The notes under the pieces: model-generated
Told to the model about the DNA's origin: nothing
Databases searched by the model: none
What the model saw: only the letters and a program-made list of their open reading frames with translations
Made by a program: the position numbers and the translations under genes
Shown here: one piece after another, positions 9,736 through 16,567 of the stretch
Position numbering within the stretch: position 1 is the first letter of the stretch
Layout of the letters: each line of letters begins with the position of its first letter
NCBI GenBank assembly: GCA_965199715.1
Contig: OZ241322.1
Coordinates: 352,001-416,000, forward strand
Reading direction: 5' to 3'
DNA from: Vicinamibacteria bacterium
GTDB taxonomy: Bacteria; Acidobacteriota; Vicinamibacteria; Marinacidobacterales; Marinacidobacteraceae
Length of the DNA stretch: 64,000 nt

Positions 9736-9742
9736 CGGAATC

Positions 9743-10522
9743 GTGCGCGGCTCCGTCATCGCCATCACGAACCAGAAGGGCGGGGTGGGGAAGACCACCA
9801 CCGCGGTGAACCTCGCCGCCGCGCTCGCCGGGGAGGGTCACGAGACGCTGGTGCTGGACGTGGATCCGCAGGCGAACGCGACCGTGACCTTCCTCGGCCC
9901 CGAACCGGTGGAGGCCTCGCTCTTCGACGTGCTCGGCGGCGACGCCCGCCTCGTGGACGTCATCCGGCCCACCCCCATTCCGCATCTCTCCATCGCGCCC
10001 TCCCACATTTCGCTGGCGCGGCTGGAGCGCCAGCTTCTCGGCGACATCGACGCCTACTACCGGCTGCGGGACCGCACCCAGCACGTCGGCGACCAGTACG
10101 ACTTCCTCATCGCCGACACCCCACCGACGCTGGGGATGACCACGGTGAACGCGCTCGTGGCGAGCCACCACCTGATCCTCCCGATGCAGCCGGCGTACTT
10201 CTCGCTCGAGGGAGCGGACGACCTGCTGGACACGCTGGAGCAGGTCCGGCGGCGCCCGAACCCCGACCTGAACCTCCTCGGCGTCCTCGTCACGATGGTG
10301 GACGCCCGCACCCGGCTTTCCCGGGACGCCGAGGCGCGGATCCGGGAGCACTTCGGCCCGAAGGTCTTCGACGCGACCATCCGGCGCAACGTCCGGCTGG
10401 AGGAGAGTCCGGCCTACCGCGAATCCATCTTCACCTTCGCGCCGTCCTCGCGGGGCGCGGCGGATTATCGGCAGCTCGCCGGAGAGGTGCTGGAGCGTGT
10501 CCAAGCGTACCGGGCTCCCTGA
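9743..10522 (+). CDS. parA: ParA/Soj family ATPase
   Basis: NQKGGVGKTTT, DVDPQAN, DTPPTLG, IRRNVRLEESP. Confidence 0.92.
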   Translation: MRGSVIAITNQKGGVGKTTTAVNLAAALAGEGHETLVLDVDPQANATVTFLGPEPVEASLFDVLGGDARLVDVIRPTPIPHLSIAPSHISLARLERQLLGDIDAYYRLRDRTQHVGDQYDFLIADTPPTLGMTTVNALVASHHLILPMQPAYFSLEGADDLLDTLEQVRRRPNPDLNLLGVLVTMVDARTRLSRDAEARIREHFGPKVFDATIRRNVRLEESPAYRESIFTFAPSSRGAADYRQLAGEVLERVQAYRAP

Positions 10523-11318
10523 GCGCGTCGGCCTTCGGGCCCGCGACCGCCACTACCTGACGGGAGGGACCGAACCCGAGACCGAGTCCGACTATCGGCT
10601 CATCCCGCTGGACCGGGTGCATCCGAACCCGGAGCAGCCGCGCGAGCGGGTCGGCTCGCTCGCGCCGCTGGCCGAGTCGATCAAGGAGAACGGGATCCTG
10701 CAGCCGATCGTGGTGCGTCGGATCGGCGCCAAGGACTTCCAGATCATCGCCGGCGAGCGCCGCCACGCCGCGGCGCGGCTGGCCGGGCTGCGCGAGATTC
10801 CCTGCTTCGAGCGCCAGGCCGACGAAGGGAAGACGCTGGAGCTCGCGCTCGTGGAGAACCTCCTCCGCAACGACCTGACTCCGTTCGAGGAAGCTTCGGC
10901 CTACCGCGGCCTCATCGACGACCACGGCTACACGCACGAATCGCTGGGCCAGCGGGTCGGCAAGACGCGCACGACGGTCACCGAGACGCTCACGCTGCTG
11001 CACATCCCCTACGAGATCCGCGAACTCTGCTGGAGCTCGGGAATCCACTCCCGCCGGCAACTGCTCCGGATCGCCCGCCAGCCGGACGCCGAGGCGATGA
11101 GCGCGCTGGTGCGCCGCATCGCCCAGGGCTTCGCCGATCCCGCGCCGTCGCCGAAGCGGGCCGCCGGGCGGGCGAAGCCCTTCGTGTTCCGGTACGCGCC
11201 CAAGGGAGGGCCGTTCCGGCTGCAGATGACGTTCCGCCGCTCGCAGGTCGAGGACAAGGAAGTCGTGGCGGCCCTGCGCGAGCTGCTGCGCAGCCTCGAG
11301 AACGCGGACGGAGACTGA
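10497..11318 (+). CDS. parB: ParB/Spo0J family protein with non-canonical HTH
   Basis: PNPEQPR, LAESIKENGILQPIVVR, IIAGERR, ALVENLLRNDL; HTH reads VGKTRTTVTETL. Confidence 0.9.
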   Translation: MSKRTGLPERVGLRARDRHYLTGGTEPETESDYRLIPLDRVHPNPEQPRERVGSLAPLAESIKENGILQPIVVRRIGAKDFQIIAGERRHAAARLAGLREIPCFERQADEGKTLELALVENLLRNDLTPFEEASAYRGLIDDHGYTHESLGQRVGKTRTTVTETLTLLHIPYEIRELCWSSGIHSRRQLLRIARQPDAEAMSALVRRIAQGFADPAPSPKRAAGRAKPFVFRYAPKGGPFRLQMTFRRSQVEDKEVVAALRELLRSLENADGD

Positions 11319-11322
11319 CGGC

Positions 11323-11336
11323 GTCGGCACGCCGAC
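11323..11336. repeat. Palindrome GTCGGC-AC-GCCGAC directly after the parB stop
   Basis: Perfect 6-bp arms with a 2-bp spacer; pairing extends imperfectly over 11319-11340. Confidence 0.6.
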
Positions 11337-11343
11337 ATCGCTC

Positions 11344-11370
11344 CTAACTGACTGATCTACAATCGGTTAG
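11344..11370. promoter_or_regulatory. AT-rich imperfect inverted repeat resembling two opposed IHF-like sites
   Basis: CTAACTGACTG-ATCTA-CAATCGGTTAG; arms match 9/11 and each half resembles WATCAANNNNTTR. Confidence 0.45.
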
Positions 11371-11413
11371 ATTCATACATCCCGCTGCTTCGGGCGTGCG
11401 ATAGACTCGCGCC

Positions 11414-11974
11414 ATGAATCCTTCCCGACTCGCGCTCCCCGTCCTCGTCGGAGCGGCGCTCGCCGGAGCGCCGGCGCTGGCGCAGGACGACCGGACCGAA
11501 ACGCTCCAGGTCGGTTCCCCGGCCCCGGATTTCGAGCTGATGGACGCCGCCGGCGCATCCCACCGACTGTCCGAACTCGTCCAGAGCGGCCCGGTGGTGC
11601 TGGAGTTCTTCCGCAGCGGCGACTGGTGACCGTTTTGCAAGGCGCAGCTCGGCGAGCTGCAAGAGTCGCTGGACCGGTTCCGGGACGCGGGCGTGACCGT
11701 GCTCGGCATCTCGAAATACGACCGGGAGGAAACCGCGCGCTGGGTCGAGGAGAACGACTGGACCTTCCCGATCCTCGCGGACGGAGGCGTGGTGATTGAC
11801 GCCTACGGCCTCCGCAACCCCGACCACGATGGAACCGGGCGCCACGGCCTCCCGCATCCGGCCACGATCATCGTGGATCGGGAGGGGACCGTCCGCTTGT
11901 TGAACATCTGGGTCAACTACCGAGAGCGCACGCCGCCGGACGAGATCCTGGCGGAGATCGCGCAACTTCCCTAG
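11414..11974 (+). CDS. Exported peroxiredoxin-like (AhpC/TSA, thioredoxin fold) selenoprotein; in-frame UGA at 11627-11629
   Basis: Track ORFs 11414-11629 and 11693-11974 share one frame. Read-through gives LQVGSPAPDFEL...VVLEFFRSGDW-U-PFCKAQLGELQ...PHPATIIVDREG, a UxxC redox motif; signal peptide present. Confidence 0.88.
11644..11660 (+). promoter_or_regulatory. Candidate bacterial SECIS hairpin 1
   Basis: GCAGCTC-GGC-GAGCTGC, a perfect 7-bp stem with a G-led loop, starting 15 nt after the UGA. Confidence 0.7.
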
Positions 11975-11982
11975 GAAAGGCC

Positions 11983-12522
11983 ATGCCCCGAATCGCCCTC
12001 CTTTCGCTCCTCGGCCTGATCGCGCCGGCCGCTTCCGGCGCCCAGGTCCACATCGAGATTCCCGACTGGGAGAACGCGGCCGACTTCAAGCTGGTCGCGT
12101 CGCAGAGCGCCGTGCGCGACGGCGATCCGTTCGAGGTCGCGGTCGTGGCCGAGATCGAGCCCGGCTACCACCTCTACGGGCCGGACGAGAAGCCGCCCAG
12201 CGCGACCGCGGCCGAATGGAGCGCGCCGGAAGCGTTCGCTCCGGGCGATCCGATGTATCCGGAGCCCATCCGCCGAGATTTGTCCGGGCTGGGCGAGTTC
12301 GACCTGTACGAGGGCCGCGTCGCGATCCGGATCCCGGTGGACGCCCGCCTCGACGGCGGCGGTTCCGTCGAGGCCGAAGTGCTGCTGCGGTACCAGCTCT
12401 GCACCGACAACGCCTGCAGCGCACCGACCAGCACCACCCTGACGCTCGACATCCCGGTCGCGGGGAAGGGGGAGACGGTCGAGCCGACGCACGCGGACGT
12501 CTTCCAGGAGAGTGCGCGATGA
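11983..12522 (+). CDS. Stand-alone DsbD N-terminal-like domain protein
   Basis: Signal peptide, IEPGYHLY, YEGRV, YQLCTDNAC (Cx4C) typical of the DsbD-alpha Ig fold. Confidence 0.8.
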   Translation: MPRIALLSLLGLIAPAASGAQVHIEIPDWENAADFKLVASQSAVRDGDPFEVAVVAEIEPGYHLYGPDEKPPSATAAEWSAPEAFAPGDPMYPEPIRRDLSGLGEFDLYEGRVAIRIPVDARLDGGGSVEAEVLLRYQLCTDNACSAPTSTTLTLDIPVAGKGETVEPTHADVFQESAR

Positions 12523-12986
12523 GCGAGGTCGTCCACACCTGCCACGCGCGGATCGTGAAGCAGGCCGGCCCGGTGCGCCAGGCGTTCCTCGAGGACTTCG
12601 ACGCGCCGGTCCGCTTCGGAGTCCACAGCGGCATCGCCGCGTTCTACGGCGTGCAGCCGGCGGAGGAGATTCCGGCGACCCTCGACTACGTGGTCGCCGC
12701 CACCGGCGGTTGAATGGTGGGCACGCTCGGGCGGGCGCTCGAGGTACGCGGCATTCCGAGCCAGCCGGACCGGCTCGAGGCGAACGTGGAAGGCGACGTC
12801 GTGGACGAGGGCGGGGTCATGGCGCTCCGCCGGATCCGCATCCGCTACCGCATCGTCGTTCCCGCCGGGAAGCGGGCGGAGGCGGAGCGGGCGCTCTCGG
12901 TGCACGAGCGCGGATGTCCCTTGGCGAACACGCTGCGAGGGGCGGTGGAGCTCAGCTACACGGCCGAATTCTCGGACGCGGCCTGA
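12519..12986 (+). CDS. OsmC/Ohr-like selenoprotein; in-frame UGA at 12711-12713
   Basis: ATG 12519 overlaps the upstream stop. DYVVAATGG-U-MVGTL matches the OsmC first-Cys motif (ELLLAALxxC); second Cys in HERGCPLANTL. Confidence 0.85.
12724..12737 (+). promoter_or_regulatory. Candidate bacterial SECIS hairpin 2
   Basis: CGCTC-GGGC-GGGCG, a 5-bp stem with one G-U pair and a G-led loop 16 nt after the UGA; shares GCTC-GG with hairpin 1. Confidence 0.55.
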
Positions 12987-12993
12987 ACGCGCG

Positions 12994-13482
12994 ATGGACG
13001 CGAATCCCCCGGACCTGCGGGCGTTCATGCGGAACGCGCCGCAGGCGGTCAGTGTGGTTACGGCGGCCGGGGAAGGGGGGCCTCGGGGGATCACCGTGAG
13101 CGCGTTCTTCTCGGTGAGCGTCGAGCCGCCCCTGATGCTGATCTCGATCGGGCGGGCGGCCCGGGCGCATCCGGCGATCCGCCGGGGTTCGTTCCGCATC
13201 CACCTGCTGGCCGACGACCAAGCCGGGGTCTCGAACCACTTCGCGCGCCCGGGCCTCGATTCGGCGCAGCAGTTCCCGGATCATGCGCCCGACGGAATCG
13301 ACCCGCCCCGGATCCCGAATTGCGTCGCGTGGGCCGACTGCCGGATCGTGAGCGCGCACGATGAGGCGGACCACACGCTCTTCGTCGGCCGGGTGACGGC
13401 GAGCCGGGTGGAGCGGCCGGACGCCCGCCCGCTGCTCTACCAGCAGGGGAGTTACCGCACCGTCGGGCCCGCTCCGGCATGA
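12994..13482 (+). CDS. Flavin reductase family protein (HpaC/RutF-like)
   Basis: VSVVT, GITVSAFFSVSVEPPL, DHTLFVGRV, PLLYQQGSY. Confidence 0.9.
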   Translation: MDANPPDLRAFMRNAPQAVSVVTAAGEGGPRGITVSAFFSVSVEPPLMLISIGRAARAHPAIRRGSFRIHLLADDQAGVSNHFARPGLDSAQQFPDHAPDGIDPPRIPNCVAWADCRIVSAHDEADHTLFVGRVTASRVERPDARPLLYQQGSYRTVGPAPA

Positions 13483-14354
13483 AGGCGCGCACGTTCGTCC
13501 TGATCGGGACGCTCGCCTGGGGCTGCGGCGCTCCGGAAAAGGAAGCTCCGCCCCCCGAGCCGGTCGTCGAGCCGGAACCGCCCGCTCCCGAGCCCGAGCC
13601 GGTCGCGCCGCCGCCGCCCCCCCCCGAGCCGGACCTTCCGCGTTTCGGAACGCTCCACGTGGAGGGGACGGCGGGGGCGGCGGTGTTCCTTGGCGGGGAA
13701 CGGCTGGGCACGGTCCCCGGACGCTGGGAGGCGCTCAAGCCGGGGGACCATGACCTTCGGGTGGAACTGGAGAACCACATTCCATTCGAGGTCGAGGTGA
13801 CGATCGCCGCAGGCCGAACGCGAGTGGTTTCGGCGGTGCTCGACGAGCGGCTGGGCTCGATCATGGTCGAGAGCGACCACGCCGGGGCGATGGTGTTCCT
13901 CGACCGGAACTTCAAGGGAAACACGCCGGTGCGAATCGGGGAACTCCAGCCCGGGGAGTACCGACTGACGATCTCGCTCGAGGGGTACGACGTCGAGAAC
14001 CGGCGGGTGACCGTCGAGCGCGATTCGGTCACGGTTCGCGTGGAGTTCGGCGATCCGATTCCGACGCTGGAGGCCGCCGTGGCGGTCGTCCACAAGCACA
14101 CCTTCGGTTCCTGCGCGGGAACGCTCGCGGCGACCGAGGACGGATTTGCGTACCGGACCGACCATCGCGACGCCTTCACGCTCGCGTTTGGTCAAGCCGA
14201 GGCGTTCGAGCTGAACTACATCGAGAACAACCTGCGGCTCAAGGTTCGAGGCGGGCGCACCTACAACTTCGAGTCGCCGACGGACGACATGGATTCGCTG
14301 TTCGTGTTCCACCGCGACGTGAACGGCTACCGCGAAGCCGTCGCCGCCCGCTGA
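13479..14354 (+). CDS. PEGA-domain lipoprotein
   Basis: Lipobox LAWGC, Pro-rich linker, two PEGA-like repeats (GAMVFLDRNFKGNTP...PGEYRLTISLEGY). Confidence 0.8.
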   Translation: MKARTFVLIGTLAWGCGAPEKEAPPPEPVVEPEPPAPEPEPVAPPPPPPEPDLPRFGTLHVEGTAGAAVFLGGERLGTVPGRWEALKPGDHDLRVELENHIPFEVEVTIAAGRTRVVSAVLDERLGSIMVESDHAGAMVFLDRNFKGNTPVRIGELQPGEYRLTISLEGYDVENRRVTVERDSVTVRVEFGDPIPTLEAAVAVVHKHTFGSCAGTLAATEDGFAYRTDHRDAFTLAFGQAEAFELNYIENNLRLKVRGGRTYNFESPTDDMDSLFVFHRDVNGYREAVAAR

Positions 14355-14395
14355 GACCCGACCAGGCCGGCTCCGCTCCTCCCTGCCGGCTTTGT

Positions 14396-14423
14396 ATGTT
14401 ACATAAGATTTCTTATCGGAAGT
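14396..14423 (-). other. dif: dif-like XerC/XerD recombination site
   Basis: Minus strand ACTTCCGATAA-GAAATC-TTATGTAACAT: 11-6-11 architecture with inner ATAA/TTAT inverted repeat and TTATGT XerD arm; AT-rich, intergenic between convergent genes. Confidence 0.85.
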
Positions 14424-14442
14424 AGCGTCGGCGCCAAGAAAC

Positions 14443-14907
14443 TCATTTCTCGACCGCGCCAAAGCGCTTCCGCAGCATCGCCCGCCGGTGCGAGAAGCTC
14501 GCCACGATGTCCCGCTTGGCGAGTCCCTCGAGCGACGCGCTCAGCGCCGTGCGGTACTCGACCTGCTCGGCCAACCGCACCGTCTCCCGGCCCTTGGCGT
14601 CCTGCTTCGGCTGGAAGCGCATCTCGTGCACCCATTTCCGGTAAGGCCCGCGCACCTGCTCCACGATGATCCGCCGAGGCGGCTCCCAGACCGCGACTCG
14701 GCTCAGCCAGCGCAGCGGGATGGTCCGGAACATCTTGAATCGAAACTCGAACTTCGCGCCGGCCCCCATCTCGATCGGCATCTTGGTCAGTAACTTCAGG
14801 CTGATCCACGCGGGGCTCAGGATGTCGAGGCTGCGCGGGTCGCCCACGAATTGGAACACCCGCTCCTGCGGGCTGGCGAGGTGTACGGCGCTCCGGTACG
14901 TCGCCAT
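14443..14907 (-). CDS. SRPBCC (START/Bet v1-like) protein, copy 1
   Basis: VHLASP..VF, WLSRVAVWEPP, EQVRGPYRKWVHE, VEYR. Confidence 0.85.
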   Translation of the reverse strand: MATYRSAVHLASPQERVFQFVGDPRSLDILSPAWISLKLLTKMPIEMGAGAKFEFRFKMFRTIPLRWLSRVAVWEPPRRIIVEQVRGPYRKWVHEMRFQPKQDAKGRETVRLAEQVEYRTALSASLEGLAKRDIVASFSHRRAMLRKRFGAVEK

Positions 14908-15074
14908 GGGCACCGTCCCAGGCCTTCAGACCAAGCAGTCGGCGCACTCCGGCGCCGTTGCTCGGGTCCCGGCGTCGGCAAGAACGCCCGACGACTCCGG
15001 GCGGGGGTTTACGATACGAAAAACGTCCACTTCATCATAAGGATACCAAATCGGCTCGTCGCTCCCGGACGGCC

Positions 15075-15541
15075 TCAGCCGGACGCCGAACCGAACCGCT
15101 CGACGAGTTTCGCCTCCCGAAACGCGAAGACTTGCCGAATGTGCCGTGCGATCAGCTTGCGCTCCACCCATGGTCCGCCGAACCGCGCTCCGAACTCGAG
15201 CCGGTAGTCGAGCACGACGGTTTCCGATCCGTCCGCGCCCCGCTTGGGAGTGAATCGCATCTCGTGGCTCCACGCCCCGAAAGGCCCCTGGACCAATTCC
15301 TCGACCATGCGGTGCGGCTCCCACACGGTGACCTCCGTGTCCAGCTTCGCCGGAATCGTCTTCAGAAGCAGCACCCGGTAGTGGACTGCGGCGCCCACTT
15401 CCCGCTCGAGCGGGGTCGGGCTGATCAACTGGAACCCGGTGCGCGGCGGCATCGGCGACGCAAGCTCGCTCCCCTCGGCGAACAGCTTGAAGACGGGCGC
15501 GACGGGGCTGGCCAGATGGACGGACTGCTGTGCGTTCTCAT
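15075..15541 (-). pseudogene. SRPBCC protein copy 2 with a 1-nt deletion near 15525 (or a sequencing error)
   Basis: ATG AGA ACG CAC AGC AG- TCC GTC CAT CTG GCC: adding one base gives MRTHSSSVHLASP, collinear with MATYRSAVHLASP and MGTFRGSVRLASP. No in-frame start upstream of the homologous region. Confidence 0.75.
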
Positions 15542-15563
15542 GAACCGATCATCCGCCCGGCGT

Positions 15564-16031
15564 TCAGGACGGAGTGATCGGCCCGAAGCGCTCGACGAGC
15601 GCCCGCGTGCGGAAGGCGAAGATCCGCTCGACGTCCCGGGTCACGAACAACCGCTCCAGGAGGCGGCCCCCCGGCGCCCGGTACTGCACGTGGTCGCTCG
15701 CGACGATGACCTCCCCTCCCCCGGCGTCCCGTTCCGGCTGGAAGCGGTGCTCGTGGATCCAGGTTCGGTACGGCCCCCGCACCTGTTCGTCCACGAAGCG
15801 ATGCGGCGGCTCCCACGCCGTGATCCGGCTTCGCCAGCGGATCGGCAGGCCGCGGATGCGCAGCCGATAGTCGATGAGGGCGCCGACCTCCATCTCGATC
15901 GGGGCCGGGGTGAGCACCTCGAACCGCAGCCACGGCGGAGTCAGTTCCTCGAGGTTCCGGGCCTCGCTGAAGAACGCGAACACGGACTCCAGCGGGCTCG
16001 CCAGACGGACGGAACCCCTGAACGTGCCCAT
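15564..16031 (-). CDS. SRPBCC protein, copy 3
   Basis: VFAFFSEARNLEELTPPWL, IDYRLR, WEPPHRFVDEQVRGPYRTWIHEHRF. Confidence 0.9.
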   Translation of the reverse strand: MGTFRGSVRLASPLESVFAFFSEARNLEELTPPWLRFEVLTPAPIEMEVGALIDYRLRIRGLPIRWRSRITAWEPPHRFVDEQVRGPYRTWIHEHRFQPERDAGGGEVIVASDHVQYRAPGGRLLERLFVTRDVERIFAFRTRALVERFGPITPS

Positions 16032-16128
16032 CGTTCCACGATGGTAGCATTCGTCCGATTCGCGCTATCCGACGGCGGAAACGGGTCGCGTCAGGTCCCC
16101 TTTCCCTCCCGCAGGCAGGAGTTTTTTC

Positions 16129-16548
16129 ATGGCAGAAGCGCACATTCCGGGCATCGACTTCCAGCCCGACGGCGCTCCGGAGCAGCGCGAACGTACCCGG
16201 CAGAACGGCCCGACTTCGTCCTACACGATGATCGAGCCGCGGCTGAAAGTCATTTACGGGCGCTTCTACAAGGAAAGCTACTTCTCGCCCGAGTCCACCA
16301 TCGATCCCCTGAACAAGGAGCTCATCGCGATCGCCTGCTCGCTGCTCGCCAAGTGCGAGGGCTGCCTCGACGGGCACATCCAGAAGGCGCTCGAGGCTGG
16401 GGCCTCCAAGCAGCAGATCAGCGAGACCATCGCCATCGCGATCGGGATCAACGCCGCCGCCGTCGTGGATCAGACCGACCGCGCCGCCGCCCGGCTCGGC
16501 CTGAACCACTTCCCGGTCCACCGCAAGGCCCCCAAGCCGATTTCCTGA
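16129..16548 (+). CDS. Carboxymuconolactone decarboxylase/AhpD family protein
   Basis: KELIAIACS, CEGCLDGH (CxxC..H), GAS..QI.E; AGGAG RBS. Confidence 0.88.
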   Translation: MAEAHIPGIDFQPDGAPEQRERTRQNGPTSSYTMIEPRLKVIYGRFYKESYFSPESTIDPLNKELIAIACSLLAKCEGCLDGHIQKALEAGASKQQISETIAIAIGINAAAVVDQTDRAAARLGLNHFPVHRKAPKPIS

Positions 16549-16567
16549 CCGGCCCCGGGGCCACGGC

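Noticed and set aside
11627-12713. Genome-wide UGA reassignment (Trp/Gly) as the explanation for in-frame TGA
   Set aside because: Most genes here end in TGA, often overlapping the next start, and the two internal TGAs sit only at catalytic Cys positions.
14914-15074. AT-rich intergenic stretch as an ncRNA or riboswitch
   Set aside because: No recognisable conserved RNA motif; more simply a promoter region for SRPBCC copy 1.
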